A stretch of 64,000 nt of DNA. Origin: an uncultured Cellvibrionaceae bacterium (GTDB lineage: Bacteria; Pseudomonadota; Gammaproteobacteria; Pseudomonadales; Cellvibrionaceae). Each line of letters opens with the position of its first letter. Position 1 is the stretch's first letter. The notes under the pieces were generated by a model. That model was given only the letters and a program-made list of their open reading frames with translations, was not told the origin of the DNA and did not search any database. Location of the stretch: positions 15,494-79,493 of the forward strand of contig CAYWCW010000009.1 of assembly GCA_964456865.1 (NCBI GenBank), read 5' to 3'. Shown here piece by piece: positions 17,947-28,305 of this stretch. Made by a program: the position numbers and the translations under genes.

Positions 17947-19533
17947 ATGAGATATTTGTTTTCGCTTCTTCGTCCGTTCCTCTGTGTGATGCTGTTTGCC
18001 TCCTTGCCGCTTGCCCAGGCCCAGCAGCCTGATGCCGGTGTGGAGGCAGTCGCTGGCGACGAGTCATCGTCAGCGGTATCTGAACCGGCGGCAGAAACCG
18101 TTATCGCCGCCGCAACTCCGGAACCTGAAACACCCGTCACGGAATCCCTGGCCGCGGTTGCGGATGACAGTGTCGCCGCACGGCGCGACGATTCGGCGCC
18201 GGCGCCGCAAGAGCCCGGTACACCAGCATCCGACGCCGACACCCCGACAGGTGGTGAGGCCTCCGCGGAGGCTGAAACGGAATCCCCGGCTGACGATACT
18301 CCCAGGCCGCCGCAAGCCGACAATATCGATCTCAAGGAAGTGGTGGTGGAGCTCGAAACACCAGTGCACCAGCCGAAGCCCGAGCCCGCACCCGCGCCCA
18401 CCGCGACGGTCAAGGTGATCCTGGGTGTCGAGGTGCCGCCGGGCACATCGACCCGCCTGATCTGGACTCCCGATGATGTGGCCAGCGGCTTTGCCGAGCG
18501 CACGCCGGTTCTGGTGGTCAATGGCCGCAATCCCGGCAAGACCCTCTGCCTCACGGGCGCCGTGCACGGTGATGAACTCAACGGCATCGAGATGATCCGC
18601 CGCATCATGTACCAGTTGGAGCCGGACAAGGTCAGCGGCACCGTGATCGGCGTGCCGGTGGTCAACCTCATGGGTTTTCGCCGCAGTACCCGCTACCTGC
18701 CTGACAGGCGCGACCTCAACCGCTATTTTCCGGGCAATACCTATGGCAGTTCCGCCTCGCGCATCGCCCACTCGTTTTTCACCAATATCATCAGCCATTG
18801 CGAAGCGCTGGTGGATATCCACACGGGTTCCTTCCACCGCACCAACCTCACGCAATTGCGCGCTGACCTCTCCAGCGAGGCAGTAGCCTCGCTGGCGCAA
18901 AGTTTCGGCAACATCGCGGTGCTCAACAGCCGTGGCAATCCCGGTTCCCTGCGCGCCTCAGCAGTGCGGGCCGGTATTCCCACTGTGACGGTGGAAGCCG
19001 GTGAACCATTGCGTTTGCAGAGTGATGTGGTGGCCGAGGGCACCCGTGCCATCGAAACCCTGCTGAGCAAGATGGGTATCTATGGGCGTCCGAGCAAGTG
19101 GAGCCGCCAGGCGCCGGTCTACTATCGCTCATCCTGGGTCAGGTCCGATCAGAGCGGCATTCTGTTCAGCCGCGTCCCGTTGGGCAAGCGTGTGGCCCGT
19201 GGCGAGGTGCTGGGGACGGTGACCGATCCCATCACCAACGCCCGCAGCGACATAGTTTCGCCCTATCACGGCCGGGTGTTGGGCATGGCGCTGGACCAGG
19301 TGGTCCTGCCCGGATTCGCCGCCTACCACATCGGCATCCAGACGCCGGAAGCCATGCTGATCGAAGAAGCGCAGATGCAGGAAGAACAGATGCTGGATGA
19401 GGAGGACGCCGATGCGCCGCCCCTCCCCGTGCCGCCGGGTTACGAAACGGTGCCGGAACAGCTGCCCCAAACCAAGTCTGGCGAGGTAACGCATGACGAA
19501 GAAGAGGAAGAAGAGGGCGAGGAAGAAGACTAA
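17947..19533 (+). CDS. Exported succinylglutamate desuccinylase/aspartoacylase (M14) family protein
   Basis: Signal peptide (AQA), HGDELNG, RRDLNRYFPG, DIHTG, VEAG; long P/A/E/D-rich linker and acidic tail. Confidence 0.8.
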   Translation: MRYLFSLLRPFLCVMLFASLPLAQAQQPDAGVEAVAGDESSSAVSEPAAETVIAAATPEPETPVTESLAAVADDSVAARRDDSAPAPQEPGTPASDADTPTGGEASAEAETESPADDTPRPPQADNIDLKEVVVELETPVHQPKPEPAPAPTATVKVILGVEVPPGTSTRLIWTPDDVASGFAERTPVLVVNGRNPGKTLCLTGAVHGDELNGIEMIRRIMYQLEPDKVSGTVIGVPVVNLMGFRRSTRYLPDRRDLNRYFPGNTYGSSASRIAHSFFTNIISHCEALVDIHTGSFHRTNLTQLRADLSSEAVASLAQSFGNIAVLNSRGNPGSLRASAVRAGIPTVTVEAGEPLRLQSDVVAEGTRAIETLLSKMGIYGRPSKWSRQAPVYYRSSWVRSDQSGILFSRVPLGKRVARGEVLGTVTDPITNARSDIVSPYHGRVLGMALDQVVLPGFAAYHIGIQTPEAMLIEEAQMQEEQMLDEEDADAPPLPVPPGYETVPEQLPQTKSGEVTHDEEEEEEGEEED

Positions 19534-19549
19534 CCCCCGGTCACAGGGC

Positions 19550-20017
19550 TCAGGCCTTGTGGCGCAAACCTTCAATGACGCGCCATTCGGCGCGGGTCAC
19601 CGGTTGAATCGATAGCCTCGGCTGGCGCAGTAGCACCATGTCGGCCAGCGCCGGCTCCTGCCGGAGTCGCTTGAGCGGCAGGGGGCGTTCGAATACCTCG
19701 TCCAGTTGAATATCCACGGATACCCAGCGGGGTTGTTCCGGATCGGACTTGGGATCATGGTAGGAGCTTTCGGGGTCGAACTGGCTGGGATCGGGGTAGG
19801 CGGCCTTGACCACCTTCACCCGCGCCACTATGCCGGGCTCCTTGCAGTGGCTGTGATAAAACAACACCAAATCCCCTGCGGCCACCTGGTCGCGCAAAAA
19901 ATTGCGCGCTTGGTAATTGCGTATGCCGTCCCAGCGGCCGCGCTTGCCGCGTTCCGCCAGCAGGTGGTCGAGCCCATAGACATCCGGCTCGGCCTTGAAC
20001 AGCCAGTAGCCGCTCAC
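19550..20017 (-). CDS. EVE domain protein
   Basis: YWLFKAEPD, WDGIRNYQARN, FYHS, DPKS....PRW, LRQPRLSIQPV; GTG start overlapping upstream TGA. Confidence 0.88.
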   Translation of the reverse strand: MSGYWLFKAEPDVYGLDHLLAERGKRGRWDGIRNYQARNFLRDQVAAGDLVLFYHSHCKEPGIVARVKVVKAAYPDPSQFDPESSYHDPKSDPEQPRWVSVDIQLDEVFERPLPLKRLRQEPALADMVLLRQPRLSIQPVTRAEWRVIEGLRHKA

Positions 20018-22032
20018 CGGGCGCTGCTCTCCAATTCCTGCCATACGCTCAGACGACTGGCGGTGGCCTCGTCCACGAGCCGCAGCGCGATACGCCGCTT
20101 GTCGGTATCGACAGATTCCAGCAAGACGTGGAGCGGCTCGTCCAGGCGATAGGTTTTTCCCTCCAGGGTAAGGCTCAGGCGGCGGGGGTCGAAAGTGGGT
20201 TTTATGCCGGATTCCTTGTCCGCCAACTGCACGAAGCCCTCGACACCTATGTCATCCAGGCGCACACCCAGGCCCTGAGCGTTGACCTGGGTGATGTAAC
20301 CCGTGTGCACACCTCCCAGACGGTCGGCCAGGTATTGGCAACACAACCAGAGTTCCAGTTGACGGCAGGCGCTGCGGCCCCGGTTGAGGGTTTCCTGCAG
20401 GGTCTCCAGTAATTGCGCCGGGGCCTTGAGCGGTGGCTGGCCAGCCAGCAACCGCTTGAGTGCCAGGTGGTTGAAAAAGTCCTGGTAGCGGCGGATAGGC
20501 GAGGTGATGGTCGCGTAGTGTTCAAAACCCAGGCCGAAGTGGGCGCCGGGCTCGAAGGACAGGGCGCCGGCTTGCAGCATGCGTTGCAAGACCGCTTGCA
20601 GGGAGGCGTTTACCGGGTCCTGGTCCAGGTTCAACCGCAACAGGCGGATGAGTTTTTGGAAACCCGCCAACTGTGTGAGGTCGCCGCTGTCGAGGCCTGG
20701 CTTGTCTTCGTTGATCAGGCTTTGCGCATCCTCGAGCCGTTCCGGCCGGAAACCGATATGCGTGGAAAAGATGCCATACCCGGGATGGCGGCGGAAAAGA
20801 TCACCGGCACAGATATTGGTGGCCAGCATGGCCTCTTCCACCAGCCGCTGGGCCTGGTTGCGCTGGCGTTTGTCGATCCGTTCGATCTTGCGCTGTTCGT
20901 TGAGCTGGTAGTAGTAGTCCGGCCTGTCCTCCATCACCAGCGCGTGTTCCAGGCGGTAGGCGGCGCGAACCTGGGCGCAGGACTGGAGCTGGGTCAGGAT
21001 ATCGGCGATGGTCGTTTTTTCGTCAAGACCCTCGAGGCTGTCAGGGTCGCCACTGAGGAAGGCCTGTACCTGCTCGTAGCTGAGTTTGGCGCGGGAGCGG
21101 ATGATGGCCTGGCTGAATGCGTAGTCGCCCAGGTTGCCCTCCGCGTCGATCTGCATGCGGCATACCAGGGCGGGGCGTTCCTCCCCGGCGACCAGGGAAT
21201 AGGTGTTGTGCGAGAGTTCCACGGGCAGCATCGTCAACGTCTGTCCCAGCAGGTAGATGCTGCTGGCCCGCTCCCGGGCTGCGCGCTCCAGGGGACTGTC
21301 GAAGGCGATATGGTGCGTGGGATCGGCGATGGCCGTGGTGAGTTCCCAGCCCTGGTCGAGACGGCGGATATGGACCGCATCATCCATATCCCGGGTGGTT
21401 TCGGAATCTATGGTGACGAAGGGCAGGGCGGTCAGGTCTTCCTGCTCGGGCAACCTGCTCAACGGCGCCTGGCTGACGGCTTCCGCCTGGTCCAGCGCCG
21501 CCTGTTCCCAGCTCTGCGCCAATTGGTGGCGGGCCGCCAGGTAGCGTGCCTCTATGCCGGGTTCTTCGGGGCGTCCCAGGCGCGACAACACCCGTACCTG
21601 GGCTTTGCCCTGGTTGTGGAAGGGGTGGCGCATCAGTTCGCACAGGAGGAAATCGCCTTCCTCGCAATCGAGGCGCTCCTGGGGTGGAATGAACAGCCAG
21701 CGGTTGAACTGTGGCCAATCCGGTTCGACAAAGCAGGCAGGTCCTTTGAAACGGCACACACCGACAAACTGCTTCAGCGACGACCCCAGGAGTTTTTCCA
21801 GCCGGGCTTCCAGTTGGTTCTTGCTGTTGCTGACCAATTCAACCTGCACCCGGTCATCGGGCAGCAGGCGCAGCATCTGGTCGGGATCGACGAACGCATC
21901 GCGGCCATCATCCAGGCGGATAAAGCCAAAACGCTTGGGGGTGGTGCGAACGGAACCTTCCGCCAGTTCTTTACTGGCGCGTATCGAATTCTTCAGCTGG
22001 GATAATTGCTGGAGGGCATCTTGATTGAGCAT
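20014..22032 (-). CDS. RNB-domain exoribonuclease (RNase II/R family)
   Basis: RFGFI (cold-shock domain), FVTIDSETTRDMDDA catalytic motif, VEEAMLATN, TSPIRRYQD, C-terminal S1-like; start at MLNQD inferred. Confidence 0.88.
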   Translation of the reverse strand: MLNQDALQQLSQLKNSIRASKELAEGSVRTTPKRFGFIRLDDGRDAFVDPDQMLRLLPDDRVQVELVSNSKNQLEARLEKLLGSSLKQFVGVCRFKGPACFVEPDWPQFNRWLFIPPQERLDCEEGDFLLCELMRHPFHNQGKAQVRVLSRLGRPEEPGIEARYLAARHQLAQSWEQAALDQAEAVSQAPLSRLPEQEDLTALPFVTIDSETTRDMDDAVHIRRLDQGWELTTAIADPTHHIAFDSPLERAARERASSIYLLGQTLTMLPVELSHNTYSLVAGEERPALVCRMQIDAEGNLGDYAFSQAIIRSRAKLSYEQVQAFLSGDPDSLEGLDEKTTIADILTQLQSCAQVRAAYRLEHALVMEDRPDYYYQLNEQRKIERIDKRQRNQAQRLVEEAMLATNICAGDLFRRHPGYGIFSTHIGFRPERLEDAQSLINEDKPGLDSGDLTQLAGFQKLIRLLRLNLDQDPVNASLQAVLQRMLQAGALSFEPGAHFGLGFEHYATITSPIRRYQDFFNHLALKRLLAGQPPLKAPAQLLETLQETLNRGRSACRQLELWLCCQYLADRLGGVHTGYITQVNAQGLGVRLDDIGVEGFVQLADKESGIKPTFDPRRLSLTLEGKTYRLDEPLHVLLESVDTDKRRIALRLVDEATASRLSVWQELESSAR

Positions 22033-22123
22033 GAAATACAACTTACAGACAGGAAGATGCGCGCGATAATAGCAGGAATTACCCCGACCCGCCCCGATTT
22101 GGATCATCAGCAGGAGACTGTCC

Positions 22124-23575
22124 ATGCAATCCGTCCCTTCTTCCTTGTTGCGCAACCACCTGTTTATCGATGGCCAGTGGTGCCCCGCCGACAGCGGTAA
22201 TCGCTTCAGCGTCACCAATCCCGCCACGGGCGAAACCCTGGCCGAGGTGGCGGATGCCGGAGCCGCGGAAACCCATCGTGCCATCGCTGCCGCCCAGGGC
22301 GCGCTACCCGGCTGGCGCAACACCAGCCCACAGGACCGCAGCCGTCTGCTGCGCGGCTGGTATGAGGCGGTGATGGATCACGAGGCATCACTGGCATTGC
22401 TGCTGACGCTGGAACAGGGCAAGCCGCTGGCGGAAGCCCGGGGCGAAATTGCCTACGGCGCCAGCTATATCGAGTGGTTTGCCGAGGAGGCCAAGCGCAT
22501 CCAGGGCGACCTGCTGCTGGCCCAGGCGCCAGCGCGCCACCTGTTGACCCTCAAGCAAGGCGTTGGCGTGGTGGCCGCCATCACACCCTGGAATTTCCCC
22601 AATGCCATGCTGGCACGCAAACTGGCCCCGGCCTTGGCCGCGGGCTGTACCCTGGTGGCCAAACCGGCGGCTGAGACCCCCCTATCCGCCTTGGCACTGG
22701 TGTCGCTGGCACAGGAAGCCGGCTTTCCCAATGGCACGCTCAACATGATCACCGGGCTGGATGCCAAGACCATAGGCGAGGCCATGACGTCCAGCCCACA
22801 GGTCCGCAAGCTCACCTTCACCGGCTCCACCGGCGTCGGCCGCCAACTGCTCGCCCAGTCGGCGGCGGATATCAAACGGGTGACCCTGGAACTGGGTGGC
22901 AACGCCCCTTTCATCGTTTTTGCCGACGCCGATCTGGAGGCTGCTGTGGAAGGCGCCATGGCCAGCAAATTCCGCAATGCCGGCCAGACCTGTGTCTGCG
23001 CCAACCGGTTTTACGTCGAGCGGGGCATCTATCAGGCATTCTCCGACCGCCTTGCCGGGGCCATCGCTGGATTGCGTGTCGGTGACGGCCGCGAGGAAGG
23101 TATCGACATCGGCCCCCTGATCAATGGCAAAGCCTTGGAAAAGGTGGAGCGCCTGGTGGCCGATGCCCTGAATCGCGGCGCCCGCCTCACCCTTGGCGGT
23201 ACACGCTCGCCGCTGGGCAAGCAGTTCTACCAGCCCACACTATTGCTGGATGTTTCCCCGGAGGCAGAGCTGTGCCGCGAGGAAATCTTTGGCCCGGTCG
23301 TTGCGCTGATTCCCTTCGACACGGAAGAGGAAGCGATAAAACTCGCCAACGCCACGGAATTCGGGCTGGCCGCCTACGTCTATACTCGGGATAGCGCCCG
23401 CCGCTGGCGTCTGGCCCACGCACTGGAGTGCGGCATGCTCGGCATCAACCAGGGCCTGATCTCCACGGAATTGGCACCTTTCGGCGGCATCAAGCATTCC
23501 GGCATGGGACGCGAAGGCTCGCGCTATGGCCTGGATGATTACCTCGATATCAAATACTTGTGCGATGGAAGTTGA
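22124..23575 (+). CDS. gabD: NAD(P)-dependent succinate-semialdehyde dehydrogenase
   Basis: ITPWNFP, FTGST, LELGGNAP, KFRNAGQTCVC, EEIFGP, PFGGIKHSGMGREGS. Confidence 0.88.
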   Translation: MQSVPSSLLRNHLFIDGQWCPADSGNRFSVTNPATGETLAEVADAGAAETHRAIAAAQGALPGWRNTSPQDRSRLLRGWYEAVMDHEASLALLLTLEQGKPLAEARGEIAYGASYIEWFAEEAKRIQGDLLLAQAPARHLLTLKQGVGVVAAITPWNFPNAMLARKLAPALAAGCTLVAKPAAETPLSALALVSLAQEAGFPNGTLNMITGLDAKTIGEAMTSSPQVRKLTFTGSTGVGRQLLAQSAADIKRVTLELGGNAPFIVFADADLEAAVEGAMASKFRNAGQTCVCANRFYVERGIYQAFSDRLAGAIAGLRVGDGREEGIDIGPLINGKALEKVERLVADALNRGARLTLGGTRSPLGKQFYQPTLLLDVSPEAELCREEIFGPVVALIPFDTEEEAIKLANATEFGLAAYVYTRDSARRWRLAHALECGMLGINQGLISTELAPFGGIKHSGMGREGSRYGLDDYLDIKYLCDGS

Positions 23576-23639
23576 CTTCAGATTTGCAGCCGGATTCTTA
23601 AGCCCCAATCGCCACATCAAACTACAAACAGGAGTATCC

Positions 23640-24170
23640 ATGAACCCTTATCACTCCAGCCTGATCCTGGTCGGCATGCCCGGTGCGGGTAAAAGCACCC
23701 TGGGGTTACTGCTCGCCAAAGAACTGGCCAAGGACTTTGTCGACACGGATATCCTGATCCAGCTGCGCGAGGGAAAAACCTTACAGGATATCGTCGATAC
23801 CACCGGCTTCATGGCGCTGCGGGACATCGAAGAAGAGGTACTGCTGGCCCTTGAATGCCCCAACCACATCGTATCCACGGGTGGCAGCGCGGTATACAGC
23901 CAGGCTGCCATGGCCCATTTGAAGCAGTTCGGGCGCATCGTATTCCTGGATGTGCCGCTGGACGTGCTGCGCCAGCGGATTCACAACTACGACACCCGCG
24001 GCATAGCACGGCGGCTGGACCAGTCATTGGTTGAGTTGTTCGCCGAACGGCACGAGCTTTATCTGCAAGTCGCCGATATCGTGATCGACTGCCGCGACCA
24101 CGACCCCAATCACCTGGTGCAGGAAATCATCTACGCCGAGGCGGAGCAATTTGCCGATATGGATGCGTGA
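23640..24170 (+). CDS. Shikimate kinase family protein
   Basis: GMPGAGKST Walker A, DTD, STGG, ERHELY; RBS CAGGAG before ATG 23640. Confidence 0.85.
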   Translation: MNPYHSSLILVGMPGAGKSTLGLLLAKELAKDFVDTDILIQLREGKTLQDIVDTTGFMALRDIEEEVLLALECPNHIVSTGGSAVYSQAAMAHLKQFGRIVFLDVPLDVLRQRIHNYDTRGIARRLDQSLVELFAERHELYLQVADIVIDCRDHDPNHLVQEIIYAEAEQFADMDA

Positions 24171-24182
24171 TCCCCGGCGGGA

Positions 24183-24653
24183 TCACAATGGCAGCTGGGT
24201 GGTGTACTTGACCTGGCGCAGGGCGAAGGTCGAGCTGAGGGTCGCAACGTGGGGCAGGCGCATCAGCCGGGTCTTGAGCAGCTGTTCATAGTCGGCCACG
24301 GTTTCCACCACCACCCGCAATTGATAATCCTTGTCGCCGCTCATGGCATAACACTCCACGATTTCCGGCGTTTCCTGCACGGCGGCCTCGAATTCCGTCA
24401 GGGCGCTTTCCTCGTGGCTCTTCATGCTCACGTACACCTGGACGGTGACGCCCAGGTTGAGCATCACCGGGTCCAGCAGGGTAACCTTGCCACGGATGAT
24501 GCCCTCGGCTTCCAGCCGCTTGAGACGGCGCCAGCAGGGGGTGTGGGAAAGACCGACCAGATTGCCCAGGTCAGCCATGGAGTAATCGCCATTTTCCTGC
24601 AAGGCGCGCAGGATCTTGCGATCAAATTCATCGAGTTCTACGGCGGTAGCCAT
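24183..24653 (-). CDS. Lrp/AsnC family transcriptional regulator
   Basis: LDEFDRKILRALQ, GLSHTPCWRRLKRLE, ECYAMSGDKDY, SSTFAL..VK. Confidence 0.88.
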   Translation of the reverse strand: MATAVELDEFDRKILRALQENGDYSMADLGNLVGLSHTPCWRRLKRLEAEGIIRGKVTLLDPVMLNLGVTVQVYVSMKSHEESALTEFEAAVQETPEIVECYAMSGDKDYQLRVVVETVADYEQLLKTRLMRLPHVATLSSTFALRQVKYTTQLPL

Positions 24654-24834
24654 TGAGTATTATCCTAGGAATGCTTGTTTGTGTAATTTATTCATTCCGG
24701 TTTAAACGGTTGATAGAAAGAAATCCTCCGCCATTGTAGGGGCAGATGCCAATCTGATCAATTGGCCATCAATGAACGGCAACAGATCACGGCTGAATGG
24801 CGGGCATCCCGGCAGGTACCAACGGCTCGCTGGG

Positions 24835-25167
24835 TTACTGCGGCTTGAGTTCACTGAGGTGCTTCTGGGTCAGGGCCAGGAAGCGGGGAGTCGGTCCCGA
24901 ATCGGCATAGATCGGATCACCCAACTCGTCCTCGCTGATGATCTGGCTGCCTTCTTGATAGGGCATGGCCGCCTCCAACTCCGCCAGAGCGGTGCTGATC
25001 AGGTCGGCGATCAGTTGCTCGGCATTGCGCCGGGGAAACATTTCACACAGGGCGGCAAGCTTGGCCGCATCCTCCACCGGCAGGCGTACCCGGTAGTATT
25101 CGGATGTCAGGGCGCCGCTGGCTGTTTTTTCCCAATGGGTCAAGAGACTGCGGATTTTCATCGTCAT
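24835..25167 (-). CDS. Conserved hypothetical protein
   Basis: 110 aa, host codon usage; AAKLAALCEMFP, DELGDPIY..SGPTPRFL resembles a conserved pseudomonad protein of unknown function. Confidence 0.7.
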   Translation of the reverse strand: MTMKIRSLLTHWEKTASGALTSEYYRVRLPVEDAAKLAALCEMFPRRNAEQLIADLISTALAELEAAMPYQEGSQIISEDELGDPIYADSGPTPRFLALTQKHLSELKPQ

Positions 25168-25377
25168 AACCTCAAATGCATCATTCTGGTGCAGAACAGG
25201 GCCTTATTCAATACGTCCAGCTGATTCAAAATGTCGAGGAGGCTACAAAAATGCGCTGTGGGCACGTCAGCCACAGGGAGATACCCGAAGTGTCCGCGTT
25301 CCAGGGCCACCTCCCGCAGGGAGCCGGCCCCTGTCCATCAACGCGAACCCCTGTGGATCATTGGGCGGTAGCGGATA

Positions 25378-26271
25378 TCATCTTACACACATGTACCAAT
25401 CGTTTGGCGCGGGGTAGCCTGCACCCGCCAGGTGGGCCATGTAGTATGGCATCCATTGACTCCCTAAATTGGCACAGGCCTGCTCTATCGATTCCGGTGT
25501 GCCGCCTTCAGCGGTAACGATCGCATAGTCATCTGAAAAATCCCAGATCCCTTGGCAGCTTCCATCCTCCGTATTGTGAAACCTCAGGTTCCCCTGGCTG
25601 TTCAGGGGGCCAATCAGCCTCATATCAAGCCAGTCGGGCGCACTCAGGCAATTGTCACTCCAGAGCTGGCGGCAATGGCTGTCGATATCCAGGCCGCAGG
25701 TTGCAGAATTACCGAGCGTCAGTCCGACGGCACAGGCTGGCGGCGCATCCGGATCGGGCTCATCGCTGGATGCCAGCAGGGACTGCGACAGGTCAGGAAA
25801 GCAGGACTCGTACCCGGGCATATCGATATCGGCTATACGCAGGTTGACGCCTGCGTTGTTGACAAAGTGCTGCGCACTGAAGCCGACGATATCTCCACCT
25901 TGAGGGATGGGAGTGACTGAAAGCGCCAGGGTTTCACCTGCCGGGTTGGTAAAGCTGGACAGGAGTTGCGCGCGCAGACCGGGGCTCTGCCAAAGGACCA
26001 GTCCCACCGCTGTGGCAGCCAGCACGGACGAGAGCATCTGCCGGTGGCGTTGATGGCGCAGCAGCCAAAAGCTCGCTGCAAAAATCGCCAATCCCAACAG
26101 CAGCAACGCCCAGGGGTTGTCCACCGGAACGGGCACGGCGCCCATATGGCTGCTCAGGGGTTCGGTGGTGATGCTCTGGGCCAGCAGGTTGCTGGAATAT
26201 AAGCCGCACACCGCGGCGGTGACGCGTATGAGTAGTGATCTCGGAGCTTGTAAAATGGTTGACGGGGCCAT
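25378..26271 (-). CDS. Exported paralog A, midcut-by-XrtH-like protein
   Basis: Signal-like N-terminus ending LLAQ, internal VPVPVDNPWALLLL...LLRHQRHR sorting-like TM, second hydrophobic segment, 8-Cys exported part; start uncertain. Confidence 0.7.
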   Translation of the reverse strand: MAPSTILQAPRSLLIRVTAAVCGLYSSNLLAQSITTEPLSSHMGAVPVPVDNPWALLLLGLAIFAASFWLLRHQRHRQMLSSVLAATAVGLVLWQSPGLRAQLLSSFTNPAGETLALSVTPIPQGGDIVGFSAQHFVNNAGVNLRIADIDMPGYESCFPDLSQSLLASSDEPDPDAPPACAVGLTLGNSATCGLDIDSHCRQLWSDNCLSAPDWLDMRLIGPLNSQGNLRFHNTEDGSCQGIWDFSDDYAIVTAEGGTPESIEQACANLGSQWMPYYMAHLAGAGYPAPNDWYMCVR

Positions 26272-27312
26272 TATGGAATCATTATCAATCAAGCAGTTCG
26301 GTTCATTAAAGGGCGCCCAGGCACAATTGATCAAGGTTAGCCGGATCATTGATCTGTGGCGGTTCTCAACGGTAACAGAGGTACCAGTTATCTGGCACGG
26401 GATAAAAATCCACCAGATGGAAGCCAATGTTGTATGCCTCTGCTCCACTGCCTAGTGTATTCGCGCAAGCCTCATCCACCATTTGCTCCGTGAGATTCTC
26501 CCCTTCAATGGTAATGATCGAGAGGTAAGTTGAGAACTGCACATAATTATCACAGCTACCATCCCTCGATGAGTAAAAGAACACATTATTCGGTGTGTTC
26601 AATGGGCCGACCAACCTCATGTCCTCCCAGAAGGTTTCGGGTGAACGAAGGCAGCTGTCATTCCAGAGCTGGCGGCAATGGCTGTCGATATCCAGGCCAC
26701 AGGTTGCTGAATTACCGAGCGTCAGTCCGATGGCACAGGCTGGGGGCGCATCAGGATCGGGCTCATCGCTGGAGGACAGCAAGGACTGCGATGGGTCGGG
26801 GAAGCAAACTCCAAACTCGGGCATCTCGATATCGGCTATACGCAGGTTGACGCCTGCATTGTTGACAAAGTGCTGCGCACTGAAGCCAGCGATATCTCCA
26901 CCTTGAGGGATGGGAGTGACTGAAAACGCCAGGGTTTCACCTGCCGGATTGGTAAAGCTGGACAGGACCTGCGCGCGCAGATCCGGACTTTGCCAGAGTG
27001 CCAGCCCGGCGGTTGCGGCAGCCAGCACGGTGGAGAATATCTGCCGGTGGCGTTGATGGCGCAGCAACCAGAAGCTGGTTGCAAACACGGCCAACACCAA
27101 CAGCAGCAACGCCCAGGGGCTGTTGACCGGAACGGGCACGGCGCCCATATGACTGCTCAGGGGTTCGGTGGTGATGCTCTGGGCCAGCAGGTTGCTGGAA
27201 TATAAGCCGCACACCGCGGCGGTGACGCGAATGAGTAGTGATCTCGGAGCTTGTAACATGGTTGACAGGGCCTTTATGGAATCATTATCAATCAAGCAGT
27301 TCGGTCCATTAT
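25661..27312. repeat. Tandem duplication of paralogs A/B, 1003-bp period
   Basis: 25661-26310 aligns by eye to 26664-27312 at high identity, including about 40 nt upstream of the starts. Confidence 0.9.
26366..27259 (-). CDS. Exported paralog B, midcut-by-XrtH-like protein
   Basis: Same architecture as A; start ATG 27259 or TTG 27295. Confidence 0.7.
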   Translation of the reverse strand: MLQAPRSLLIRVTAAVCGLYSSNLLAQSITTEPLSSHMGAVPVPVNSPWALLLLVLAVFATSFWLLRHQRHRQIFSTVLAAATAGLALWQSPDLRAQVLSSFTNPAGETLAFSVTPIPQGGDIAGFSAQHFVNNAGVNLRIADIEMPEFGVCFPDPSQSLLSSSDEPDPDAPPACAIGLTLGNSATCGLDIDSHCRQLWNDSCLRSPETFWEDMRLVGPLNTPNNVFFYSSRDGSCDNYVQFSTYLSIITIEGENLTEQMVDEACANTLGSGAEAYNIGFHLVDFYPVPDNWYLCYR

Positions 27313-27560
27313 AGGAATAACGGATTCTCTGTAACAGGGCCGTTGCAGAAACGCAACACGGGCTGCCGGCCCATTTTTCATGGGGAGCCGTGCCCTGGGC
27401 GTTGGATCCTGATAATTTATTTGAAATCAGCTGCTTAGGCCGGGACTGTGACCTGCGGCACAGCGCGTATTGTGATTGTCAGGCCGGGAGTGTATCGTAA
27501 CGCCTTTTTTCCGTGGTCGGCGTTGGCAGAGTCTGTGCCTGGCATTCGGGTTGACAATAA

Positions 27561-28235
<675 letters not shown>

Positions 28236-28305
28236 CGGGTTCGTCTTCACGGCTTGTAGGGTGTAACATCACCGGCCTGGTCCCGCGCACTCATTAAGTC
28301 GACGT

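Noticed and set aside
25237-25517. AGGAGG-preceded plus-strand ORF from ATG 25251
   Set aside because: Runs antisense into paralog A and has an unprotein-like composition; RBS likely coincidental
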